Shown: positions 36,170 through 47,199, numbered from the whole stretch's first letter. The stretch: 63,354 nt of DNA, filler included, from Globobulimina sp. (GCA_003354225.1; 9 parts of 9 records of this genome joined end to end with filler, not necessarily neighbours in it), one strand, 5' to 3'. Numbers and translations: made by a program. Notes: generated from the letters alone by a model not told the origin.

Positions 36170-38338
36170 TTATTGAAATCGTTTTAACATATTATGGTTA
36201 TTAACAGTATATATTAGTTTACATAATTTATTGAAACCAATGGATGCTCTCTGTGCCCTATGTATTTGTTTAATTGATGTAAAACTCTGCTCAACACATT
36301 CAATTCCTGTTGGCAGTTTACATAGTTTCAATGCCCATTTTGCTATTATCAATAACGAATTATTACTTTCACCAAATCTGCATTTTAAATTATCCCAATA
36401 CGTTTTATTGAATTCCCATGGACTTTCTGGTGAATTTACAAAAAATTCCATTCCATTACTGTTTAATTGCACAGCACCATTTTTATATATTCCTCGTATT
36501 TGTCGATAATTAAAATATTCTTTCTCAAATTGTGTATATAGTGAATCATTATTTATTTTATTTTTCATTAAAACTAAAAATGTATCCACTGAATTATTAC
36601 GAATAAATTTTCGACAACGAACATATCGAACGTCTAACATATATGACATAAAATGAACATCATCGTATATTAAATCCCAGGCATAAAATAAATCATTTAT
36701 TATTGAATTTTCTTTTGGTGTTCTTGAGGCGGAATAATAATTAAAATATTCCAATATTTTTATCCAATTATAATAAACCGTTGAAAGTGATGCATTTTCT
36801 ATTTATTTTTATTTAAATTTGGTGATATATATGTTAAGAAATATAATTATAAATACTAACCTTGAAATGTTTTATTGATGATATGGAATTCTGTGACATC
36901 TTTGAACATAATATTTACTTTATCCCAATGGTTCCAGTTTCGAATAATATCTGTATTTTTCTGTGAAATATATCCTTTCCAATCATCATTTGTTGTAGCT
37001 TCCTGTAAGCCAGCTCTCAACTTAGTTTGTTGTTTTAACTGATCAAATCTTGAATCCCATCGAGTAATTCCTGGATCTGCGATTCCAACACGCTTTTCTG
37101 AGCCAGCACCGCTGTCAATTTGTATTCTTTGCCGTATTTTATCATTTTTAATTGCAGCTTGTACACTGTCAACATCTTCTAATACTTTTTTATTTTCATT
37201 AATTTTAAAATATCTACCTAATGCAATTTGTAAACCATGCGAACCACAGCCAGGTTTTACGCCTCCTGTTTTATTTTTATACTCTTTACGCATTGATACC
37301 ATGGTAGCCTCGTTATCTGTTACTAATGCAATATCATTAAATTGTGCATCTATTTTTTTTAAATCTTTTTTTATAATATTTAATTTTTCATAATGTTGTT
37401 GAGCACCAAAAAAAGCTTGACCATTATGTCCAGAGACATCAACAACTAAAGGATATGGATTATTGATTGTAGTTAATATCACAGGTTGCTTGCAACGATC
37501 GCTGCTGCCATCATAACACATAGCCCATTCATGCTCGTCTGAATTTCTGATCACCTATAAAAAATAGTCAGGATCACACATCAAAATCAAAATTGAAAAA
37601 ATAAAAAAATATAAAAAGAATCGAACGTACATTATCTACAGACGTTTTAATATCATCATATAAATTATCCAACAACCTTCCGCCTGTTAAACTGCGCCCT
37701 GGCATGGCATATCCAGGACAAATATAACGGAACAATTCTTTAAATTCAACCTCTTCAACAATATTAAATTCGTGGTTATTAAAAACAACCCACTTTTCAA
37801 TCAATTTATCAATCATTCTTGAATGTTGATCAGATATTTTTTGCGGAAAAGGCGAGGGTGGATCGAGTTGCATTGGTTGGGTATGAACGTGGTTGTTGTT
37901 GCTATTATTGTAGTTATGATTATTGTGGTTATGATTGTTGTTTTTGTTTGACTGAAAATTAATATCGCAACTAATTCCATTTAATGATGGTAAGTGCATA
38001 ATTTCAGTTTGGGCATTTTCTTTGTCACTTTCTTCTAATTTTCGTTTCTTATTTTTTCGGTTAGTGATACGTAATTTTTCCTGTCGAGCTATATTTATTG
38101 CAGTGCTATCATCTTTAAACTGTTCACAATATAAAATATGATTACACAATGTTGGAATATCTGCACTTCTGGACAGTTCACATTTTTTGCAGCGGGCTAT
38201 AGTGGATACTTTCCTGATCTCCGTTTTTTCAATGTCGGAATAATAAATACGTTGAAAACGATCAAAATATGCCCAAATATCGTTTCCTTTACGCCCTACA
38301 CGATTATTAAATGGTTTTGCTTTTTCTGTTGTTGCCAT
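36170..38338 (-). CDS. hAT transposase, 676 aa; exons 38338-37631, 37554-36861, 36798-36170
   Basis: BED finger IWAYF..CKKC..NHILYC; FNIVE...FKELF...PGY..P.R; catalytic YDG and TDN; CGSH (CxxH); TRWDS; hATC VEQSFTS..IH..QRASI. GT-AG introns 37555-37630 and 36799-36860 give an uninterrupted 2031-nt frame. Confidence 0.93.
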
Positions 38339-38411
38339 TGGTTAAGGTGATTGTTTGTGATTCAATGACTAGTTACATTTAAAGTTTTTTTAAAATAGTC
38401 CACCAGAAAAA

Positions 38412-39432
38412 ATGTCAACAATTTGTTGGAGTATGAAATTACGAGAACGTTCGGTAACTCGACGCAAAAGAAAATTAATCAGTGACTTTTTTACATTATA
38501 TACAATCAGTGCAGTTTGCAGTTCGACTGGTTATATTTTACCAGATATACCAACAAAAGAAAAAGCTGTTTGCGTGAACTGTAAAGTAATGTTAAACGCA
38601 ACAGGCATGTTTTTTATTTATTGCTATGTATTATTGCTTACATTCACATGTTACATAATTAAATTTTAGATATGACGTTAACTGCGCACTTTGAAAAGTG
38701 TTTTTGTAAACATCATCAAATCAAAAAAAGAAATTAAATAAAAACACTTTAAGTGCACAAGAAAGAAAATATTTTGCTATTTTGTGCTCATTTAAGTTAT
38801 TAGATTTGGTATTATGTGGAATGATACGTGAGTTTAATGTATTTAGTGTGGCAGATATTGTAAGGTTGATTACCAAATTTATAATTTGCGGTGATAAATG
38901 GCGTCATTCAGTCCCAGAATATTCCAGATGTAATGCCATAAAATTAAATAAAAAACAAACGTTTATTTTAAAAAAAAAATGGTCGTACTCCCACCCAACA
39001 TTTGCATTAGGAACAGTAGTTGCGGATTATTCTGAAAATAAAGAGGCAGTTTGGGAGTGGAAGGTTGTTGTTAGAAAAACATTAATTGCACGCCCACAAA
39101 GTGACGCATTGACCGGTATTTATATTGGATTAAAATCTATAAATGATCCACAATATATTCATTTATCACATCCATGGTATCATTCAAGTATTGGCGCGTA
39201 TGTGCCAGGGTGGGCTGCTGCTGATTGTGAAACAAATAAAATAGAATTATTAAGTGGTGATTTGATTACAATAACACTTAACATGATAACTAAAACCATT
39301 ATTTATAAGGTTAATAATAAAAATATTAAAATATACACCAAAATTCCAGTTGTTAAACAACAATTTATTCTCTTTGCTGTTTTACAAGAATTGAACACTG
39401 GCGTTCAAATTTTATCATGTTCCTCCTCTTAA
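38412..39432 (+). CDS. Transposon passenger gene: BED-like finger + SPRY/B30.2-like domain; probable GC-AG intron 38605-38669 and 1-nt frameshift near 38708-38735
   Basis: Splicing gives ISDFF..KAVCVNCKVMLNATDMTLTAHFEKC. ORF 38782-39432 has ALGTVV, WEWKVVV, IYIGL, GDLITITLNM..KTIIYKVN. Confidence 0.55.
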
Positions 39433-39904
39433 ATACAAAATATTGGGATTCGAATATTGCTGACGATGATGCCATAAAAACGTATTCTTTATAAACGTTT
39501 CCATTCCATTATGATTTTATTTTCTATCTTTCTTCTTTTAATTTTATTCTATTCTTTCTTTACTTAGATCTTTCTATTTGAGTGATTTTATGTGTTTGAG
39601 TGATTTTATTTTTGTTTGTAATGTTCTTTCCAAATGCATCTTTTTATTTAGTTAGTCATTTTTGAAGTTACTTAGTCTTCGACAATCAGCATTTTTCGAT
39701 GGCACACAAGGTTCGTATCTATCATAAAATGAATGATCTATAGTTACAAAACAATTATACAGATTCTTAAACGTAAATGGATTTATTTAATGGAAATGGA
39801 TTTATTTATGGTAATTTTAACAGAAAATATGTTTATGGTAATTTTATAAGGCTGTAATGGATTTATTTATGGATGATACACTGCCATCGCAGCATTATTA
39901 TATT

Positions 39905-40222
39905 TGTGGTAAACGGTGGACGTACATAGTCACCGTGTTAATTTATGAAGGATTTGGGCGTTAAACGGTCGACGTACATAGTCACCGTATTATTTTATGA
40001 AGGATTTGGGCGTTAAACGGTCGTACATAGTCACCGTATTAATTTATGGATGTTTTTGGCGGTAAACGGTGGACGTACATAGTCACCGTATTATTTTATG
40101 GAGCATTTTGGCGGTAAACGGTGTGTGGATAGACACCGGACTTATTTATGGTATTTATGGGTGATTTTGGTGCCAAACGGTGTGAATAGACACCGTATTT
40201 ATTTATGGATGATTTTGGTGCC
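39905..40222 (-). repeat. Tandem array, 6 units, reverse complement of the left-array unit (right subterminal array)
   Basis: Repeated taaacggtggacgtacatagtcaccgtattaatttatgg. The outer flank attatggttattatg (40246-40260) mirrors ataataaccataat (35442-35455). Confidence 0.95.
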
Positions 40223-41281
40223 ATTACTGCATATTATTCGCATATATTATGGTTATTATGTGTATAAATGTGCTGGTTATTATGCGCATGGACATATGGA
40301 AGGAAAAATGATGTATTTATATGATTGCTTTTGGTGTTTTTCTAATATTTGTCTATCACTTTTCTGATATTAGAAAATGATTAGACAAAGATCAGAATAT
40401 CACCAGAAAACAATTTGAATTTGAAAATGATCTGTAAATGTTCGAAAATGATCAGAAAAACGATTTCCTCTGAAAATAATTCTAATATCATTTTATGCCC
40501 AGAAAACAGTCAGAAAACGTTTTTCTAAGTCAGACTTTGAAAATGCTGCAGCTTTGCCCTCGCCACCTTCACAGTGTCTTTACGATGCAAAAATCAGTCT
40601 CGTTCATTGTGAAATAGAAACACATCTTAAATGTACGGAAAGAATGGAAAAGAGGATAGTAATATCAAGCAATACAAATAGAAAACAAACAGTATTGAAC
40701 AGATACAAAACAACAAAGCCTTACCAAATACACTTCCTCCATCCAAACATAACGCATTACCTAAATATATCCCACCAACTTTCCAACAACAACACCAACA
40801 TTGCCAATACATTTGACACTTTAATAAAAAACATATTGCATCACAATAAACACACCATGAACGAGCTGATAAATAATCCTAATTTAAACAATAACAACCC
40901 GAACTTTGATAATAAACGTGACCACTGTACAGCAGGCATATCACCTGACTTTTTAGCCACTGCCGATATCCCTGCCCTGCCAAATTCTCCTACCATTTCC
41001 CCAATGCTCCGGTCTTCCAACCATCTCTTCCTTTGTCTCCATTATCTCTCTCCTCCATTTTTCCACCATGTATACATTTGTATTTATAATATCATCTTTG
41101 ATATCACTCATCGCGAGCAACCACCAAAAATCCGAGATACAAATAAAACACAGAAACGTGTTAGCCACTACTTCCAAAACTTGCTTTTCATCAACTTCAA
41201 AATCAAAACTTTCACTTCTTCCCACCTCCATCCTCTCTACAAACTTCCCTCACTAAATCTCTCTATTTATAACCAACACAA

Positions 41282-42296
41282 ATGGCAAAAGAACAAAAAG
41301 GTACTCCTAAATTTCAAAATATACAAAAACAGCAATATACCTAAAATCACATATAATATACATTTCATAGTTGATGAAGACTTTCCTTTTGAAGATGATG
41401 AGGATATGTCTGATAAATCCCACATCCCATTTCCAAGCAAATCCAACTCAAATCGCGTAATTAAATCTTGCAAAATAATCCCAAATCCCCTCAAACGTAG
41501 ATATGTCCGCTCCAACCTCTTCGATGCCAACCCGCCCTCCTTCAAAACCACCCGTTTATTCTCCATACAAAATCCCGGCGATAATATCAATAAACTTTCC
41601 TACATTTCGGGCATCCAAAATGTCCCATCCTCTGCCAAAACCATCAATATCCGGTGTACTTCCTCCATTGTACCAGACACTGCCACCACGTTCAGCCAAT
41701 ATGATGATTTGAAAATTAATTTCGACCAACAGCAAATAGCGACAAATCCCCATCGCACCGTCACCAAAACAAAAGCATATCTCCCAGCAACCCGCACCTC
41801 CCGCATGATCCAGAAATATTATCAAAAACAAGTGGAGCGTACTGATAAATGGCTCAATGCGGCAACGAAACACCATTCGTCGTTAAACGTGGAGCATAAT
41901 GCGCAGATCGTGTATTCCAAAGTGTTTATTAACGACCGGATAGTCGACAGAATATCCATTCGCGATGGCGATGAGTTTATTAAATCCCTGAAACATGCCC
42001 CAACCATCCAGACAAGAGCAGAATTATTACCCACTACGGCACCGCTCACCGTCTTATTTCGCTCCTCGTCGTATACCTATTACCCGAATGACACTGCTTT
42101 TTATAATTCATTAGACAAAATTGAGGGAGATACACAGGGAATTTTAACATATCTGAATCCATTACATGGCAATGCCAGAAAGACTGGCTCTGGTTTTAAT
42201 TATGTGGCGACGAACCAGCTTTTATTAGACTACATCACCGACATTATCGCACAGCCATTACTATTGCAGTACGAGGTATTATTCAATAACTATCTG
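41282..42296 (+). CDS. Hypothetical protein, 3'-truncated; probable intron 41301-41370
   Basis: ATG GCA AAA GAA CAA AAA G|GTACTC..TCATAG|TT GAT GAA joins the long open frame 40554-42296. Upstream part of that frame may be non-coding or further exons. No family recognised. Confidence 0.5.
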
Positions 42297-42396
42297 NNNN
42301 NNNNNNNNNNNNNNNNNNNNNNNNNNNNNNNNNNNNNNNNTTAATTAATTAANNNNNNNNNNNNNNNNNNNNNNNNNNNNNNNNNNNNNNNNNNNN
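42297..42396. other. Artificial contig spacer
   Basis: N44-TTAATTAATTAA-N44. Confidence 0.99.
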
Positions 42397-43613
42397 AACT
42401 GCAATACGTCCGGCTCGTCGTCGAGGAAAGATTTGTCCAACGCGTCGCGCAATTGCTTCATTTCCAAGTTCATCTTTTCCATCTCGTCCAACACGGCGGC
42501 TTCCTGTTTCTGAGTGTCGAGACACGATTTGCTGAGCGCTTCCGAGATGGTCTTAAATAATAAGGTGCCTAATATGGAGATCTCCCACGTCTCGCTGTCG
42601 TCTCTGTAGATGGTGCTGGACAGCGCAGCTCTGCCCATTCCATCAGAGCTGGAGGTCAAACCGACGTATTTCTTCTCTTCCTCGTGGATCACCGCTATGC
42701 CTTTGGCTGCCAATTGCTATGTAGTGTGGGGATACTGTGCTGAAAATTGAATGTTTTTCGCGACTGAAGTGAGTTTTTTACAGTGAAAAACGAGTTTAAT
42801 TTCGTTTTTTTGGCGAGTTACAAGGGAATATAAGCAGTGCTTTGCAAAGCACATACTGGTATTATCTGCAATATATACCTCAGGTTTTGGGCGTAATTGA
42901 ATGAAGGCAGCGAGGTCTTGCTGTGCAGAGGATTTTCGTCTATGTTTTCTCGTCATAGCAACTTCGTGTCCTTTGCTGAAATATCCCTTTGGTACAATAC
43001 CTTTTAATTCTAATTGCTGCGGTGTTGGACGTATGGATGGGTTTAATCGACGGTTCAATTGATCGCCAACCACGGCGCGATTCTGGCGGATAAAACGTAT
43101 AATTTCTTGTGGATCGCTTCTTATTTTGCCCAAAAACTGGGGGTTCAAAAAGCCTCTTTCTACTAAGTGCTCGAAGCGGGCTATCATTATTTGGACGAGT
43201 TCATTCATGATTGGGTTGTCAGTGTCTACTGATATGGCAGTATTTTGTTGCGATGGGGTCACTGTTTGTGTTTGAGACTGTGTTTGTTGTGCTTCTGGTT
43301 GTTGTTGTTGTTGGTCGTCCTCAGAAGAGCTATTTTCGGCGATCATATCATTAATATTGTCGTTGTTATCGCTACTGATATCGTCATCATTGTGTTGGGT
43401 GTATTTGGTATCGACATTAAATTGAATATCATCCTCATTTGCATGAATTTCAGGCGTTGGATGTACATTGGTTTCTTCTTCGGTTTCTGCGCTGAAAAAT
43501 GCTGAACGACTCCACTGTATGTTTTTATATTCGAATGGTGTTATATATATCATGTAATTGTGTGTATTGTGGTTGCATACATCTACATTGTGGCTCACTG
43601 CTAGGTTTGCCAT
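42397..43613 (-). CDS. RPEL-repeat (G-actin-binding) protein, 3'-truncated; intron 42717-42878 plus a probable in-frame intron near 43515-43580
   Basis: DQLNRRL...RPTPQQLELKGIV, and after splicing QDLAAFIQLRPKPE|QLAAKGI. Confidence 0.75.
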
Positions 43614-43673
43614 GATGACTTCTGTTCGAGTGAAGAAAAACTTTACTAACTTCGAAAAAGCAACTGAACATTT

Positions 43674-43771
43674 CACTGTCACAACTATTGAGCTAATTTA
43701 TTGTGGTGAACCAAAAGTTAAAATTCGATCACCGCAATGAAAATTAGCTCAATAGTTGGGACTGCAGTGCA
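43674..43771. repeat. Hairpin MITE-like dispersed repeat, copy B (most complete)
   Basis: Arms gtcacaactattgagctaatttattgtggtga (43678-43709) and tcaccgcaatgaaaattagctcaatagttgggac (43729-43762) around a 19-nt loop. Confidence 0.75.
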
Positions 43772-44099
43772 ATAGTCGCAGTGGTTGTCTGCAGTGGATT
43801 CAAGTATTTCTCAGTATCTTGTCACAAACAGGCAGTGGGATCGAACAATATATTCCAACATTGGAAAAAAATCCAACGATTAAAAGCACGGCATAATTAG
43901 AACTTTGTTGTTGATGAGATTTAATATACATTTAATAGAACTGAGTTAAGTTTATGGGAATTGTTTGATAATCTTTGTTTGTTTTGAATTAATGATTACA
44001 TTCTGTGAATTTTGAAGTAATGCAGCTGCAATTATGTAATTATAATCACTGATAATAATATCTGTATCACCGCCAACTCCACATCGACATCGACACAAA

Positions 44100-45425
44100 A
44101 TGCGCTCAACGATATCCAAACAAGATTTATTACCAATAACCAACAATTATCATACACCCAAACAACATGAGGATGACAAATCTGTCAAATCATCAGTACG
44201 AAAGTTGAAGAAACGAATAAAATTTTGGTGTAAAGATTTAGTCTTCGCACTTCGGCGGTTTTTTGGATGTAAATTGAGTGTAATCGCATGGATTGCAATG
44301 TTTTCAATCACTTGTTGCTGCGTCCTATTTATCATTATTTCCGTGGTATTAATGATGCAGAAACAATTCACAATAATCAACTCCATCGGAGATACGCACG
44401 CACCACAACACACTTTGAATACTAGCGTGGATCTACGAGCAAACGCAATGAGATCACAAATATGGAACAAACTTAAGTTATTACAAGAACCAAATAATTG
44501 CAGCAAGGCAGAATACTTAATATGTGACATAAGAGTGCTCTGCGGGTTTGGCTGTTATTTGAGTTCGGTTCTTCAATGTTTAGCCCATGGCCATCGAGAA
44601 GGAAAAACTGTAGTGCTGAAGAATGAGAAAACTGTTTTTGGTAAAAACGCGTGGAGTGACTTTTTATTACCGCTTACTCAATGTCAAGCATATTTTGATG
44701 ATCACCAATATGATATTACACACAAAAAATCAACCATTAATTTTATGGACAATGCAGATGAGTGGGAGTCTCATAGAGAATGGGTACCAGAATATACAAA
44801 AACGTTTTTAAACAAAAATAATATGCAATACCCAACAGGCTGGTTTGTTGGCATAATGAATGGATATTTATTTCGCGAATTTCAGCCAAAAGTTGAAGAA
44901 TTTATATCTCGGAGAATTTCGGAGTTATTCAATGCGAAAGAAGACCAAATCAAATTTAATGTGTCGTGTCATATTCGAAGGACTGACAAAGTGTCATGGG
45001 GCGAGGCGTTGGAATTTAAAGTGAGAGCATATATCAATGAGATTGACCATTTTACAGTGATGCGAAATAATGAACGAAATTATCATGGGAGTTATGACAA
45101 AAAGTATGATGTCTCCGTATATTTAGCAACAGATACACCACCGGTCATTGATGAGGTTGTTAAGACGTACAAACAATACAATTGGTATTCTAACACTGAT
45201 GGGGCGACACAAGCAAATAAAGAAGGCGTTGTTGGACGGCTCAATGATGTCAATGGAATGATGAATGCCATTTTTGATTTAATTATGATGGCCAAAGCTG
45301 ATTATTTTGTGGGTACTTTATCGAGTTATTTTGGAAGGACAGTATTCCAATTATTGGCAAATAAATATGTTGATCCCGCACTATATGTTTATTCATTGGA
45401 TGAAGAGTATTTTGCTGCTGTTTGA
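44100..45425 (+). CDS. FUT8: Alpha-1,6-fucosyltransferase-like (GT23), type II membrane protein
   Basis: Single TM near the N-terminus; LQEPNNCSKA, CGFGC, HIRRTDK, VYLATD, DYFVGTLSSYFGR, SLD. Confidence 0.88.
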   Translation: MRSTISKQDLLPITNNYHTPKQHEDDKSVKSSVRKLKKRIKFWCKDLVFALRRFFGCKLSVIAWIAMFSITCCCVLFIIISVVLMMQKQFTIINSIGDTHAPQHTLNTSVDLRANAMRSQIWNKLKLLQEPNNCSKAEYLICDIRVLCGFGCYLSSVLQCLAHGHREGKTVVLKNEKTVFGKNAWSDFLLPLTQCQAYFDDHQYDITHKKSTINFMDNADEWESHREWVPEYTKTFLNKNNMQYPTGWFVGIMNGYLFREFQPKVEEFISRRISELFNAKEDQIKFNVSCHIRRTDKVSWGEALEFKVRAYINEIDHFTVMRNNERNYHGSYDKKYDVSVYLATDTPPVIDEVVKTYKQYNWYSNTDGATQANKEGVVGRLNDVNGMMNAIFDLIMMAKADYFVGTLSSYFGRTVFQLLANKYVDPALYVYSLDEEYFAAV

Positions 45426-45488
45426 GTCATAGATTGTAGAATGACTTTGTTTTGCTGCAGTTTGTAGATACTTTTTGATTTTGTTTTT

Positions 45489-45528
45489 CAGTCACAACTA
45501 TTTTTCATTGATCGATCACCACAATAAA
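45489..45528. repeat. Hairpin MITE-like dispersed repeat, copy C (internally deleted)
   Basis: cagtcacaactatt...atcgatcaccacaataaa. Confidence 0.55.
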
Positions 45529-45848
45529 GAGCATATGTTATGTTTACCTTTATCAGTCACAGTCTGACGCTGAAGACCGGATGCTCTTGGATGGGATTAA
45601 TGGCTGCTGTAAGTCAAACAAGATCCAAAATACAAATAAATAGTCCTAAATAATCAAACAAGTCTTATAGATTCTGTACAAATAAACATTCACAAACCCA
45701 AGCTATAATTATGGGAGCTCACAAACACTAATGTGTAAAAAAAGCTATTTAGACAGGACAAATCCATCGAAAACTAATATCTATAATAAAAATCTCAACA
45801 TTACACATATTATTAAAATTATGATGCAAACAAAGGGGTTAAATTAAA

Positions 45849-47159
45849 TCATGTAAATTTTATGTTTGGATTAATAATTATTATAGTTTCTTGATTTAAT
45901 GCCAATACTTTTTCAATGCGTGCATGTTCTGGAACATTTAATTCATCGCATTTTGATATAATATGCGGTTTGCATATTATTTCTGTTCTAATTATTGATG
46001 AACATTGAGAATATTCATTATCTCCAAAACATATCACATCATTGTTTCCTGTTAATAGTACATTATGTTGATCACCACAGCATGCTTGAATAATATTCGT
46101 TTTTTCCTTCACTTTTTCACCATCAAATACGTCAAATGGTGTTGCTATCTGATTATCAAATGTACCATTTCCAATCTGTCCACATTGATTATCACCAAAC
46201 ACAAAACAATTTCCATTCATATCAATACAAAATGAATGACTTCGTCCACATCCAATATCCTTTATTTTTATCTTGTTATCTTTAAAAAATTGATTATAAA
46301 TAGGAATATATACAATTTCTTGATGATTATAATTATTGTCAATTCCTAATTGATCATATTCATTGTCTCCAAATATAATTACATCAAAATAGTCAGTTAT
46401 CGCTAAATTGTGGTGTTTACCACATGCAATTTTATTAATTTTCGCATTATCGGGGATTTTTACCATTTGTGGTGATAATAATTGTCTATGTCCGTCAACT
46501 CCGCACTGCCCAGATCCGTTATATCCGGAACTCCATAACGTACCATTTGATGTTAGAAATAATGAGTGGAATCTACCACACTTTATATCAATGATGGAAT
46601 TATAATTAACAAAGATTGATTGGGTCATTTCATTTTCTATTCTAGTTAACAAAGATGCACCATTTGAAGTGTTTCCATTTCCAAAGGCACCCAAACCATT
46701 ATTACCTGACACATATAAGTTATTATCCATTGTATAGATAAATGTATGTCCTTCATTATATATTCCAGTTGATATTATCTTTGCTTTTTGCGTGATATTA
46801 ATGTCATTAATTTCTGTAAATTTATCAATCATTGAGCTTTTATGTTTTCTTATTATACCTAAGCGTGACCATTGATTATATCCACACGCAAATATCTCGG
46901 AAATTGCAGTTGCGATGATTATACTATTAAAGTTGACAAATATTTTATTAAAATCTGTGACTAAAGTTGATAAATTGTGGAGTTTGACGAAGTGTTTTTG
47001 TCTTTTTGATACTGCAAATGCACCATATTCATTCTTGCCAATTCCATAGATATCAAAATTACAATTGTATAGACCTATTATATGACCAATGCTTTTAGGA
47101 ACCAATAAATGATATTCTTTTTCTTTTCTTCGCAAATATCCAGCAACTAAGTAAGCCAT
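45849..47159 (-). CDS. RCC1/BLIP-II repeat protein
   Basis: ACGYNQWSRLG, KCGRFHSLFL..SGYNGSGQCG, ACGKHHNL..FGDNEYDQLG, GCGRSHS..FGDNQCGQIG, CCGDQHN. Start placed at MAYLVAGYLR. Confidence 0.88.
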   Translation of the reverse strand: MAYLVAGYLRRKEKEYHLLVPKSIGHIIGLYNCNFDIYGIGKNEYGAFAVSKRQKHFVKLHNLSTLVTDFNKIFVNFNSIIIATAISEIFACGYNQWSRLGIIRKHKSSMIDKFTEINDINITQKAKIISTGIYNEGHTFIYTMDNNLYVSGNNGLGAFGNGNTSNGASLLTRIENEMTQSIFVNYNSIIDIKCGRFHSLFLTSNGTLWSSGYNGSGQCGVDGHRQLLSPQMVKIPDNAKINKIACGKHHNLAITDYFDVIIFGDNEYDQLGIDNNYNHQEIVYIPIYNQFFKDNKIKIKDIGCGRSHSFCIDMNGNCFVFGDNQCGQIGNGTFDNQIATPFDVFDGEKVKEKTNIIQACCGDQHNVLLTGNNDVICFGDNEYSQCSSIIRTEIICKPHIISKCDELNVPEHARIEKVLALNQETIIIINPNIKFT

Positions 47160-47199
47160 TAATTTTAAAAATGCGCAAGTAACTGAATTAATTACTGAC

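Larger units (their letters stand above)
35360..40548 (-). mobile_element. hAT-superfamily DNA transposon with subterminal arrays and a passenger gene; left end probably beyond contig start, right end tentative
   Basis: hAT transposase flanked by inverted arrays of the same ~52-bp unit. A candidate terminus ...GAAAATGCTG at 40548 follows a CAGAAAA-rich tract. No TSD can be tested. Confidence 0.8.

Noticed and set aside
35468-40222. CRISPR array interpretation of the ~52-bp palindromic repeats
   Set aside because: The sequences between palindromes are near-identical variants, not unique spacers. There are no cas genes, the context is eukaryotic, and the arrays flank a hAT transposase.
40098-40367. 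89-aa ORF with an internal repeat
   Set aside because: It is a translation of the right subterminal array.
39687-40548. Nested element bounded by CAGCATTTT..AAAATGCTG
   Set aside because: Only a ~9-bp match, and the flanking 8-mers (TCGACAAT vs CAGCTTTG) are not a target-site duplication.
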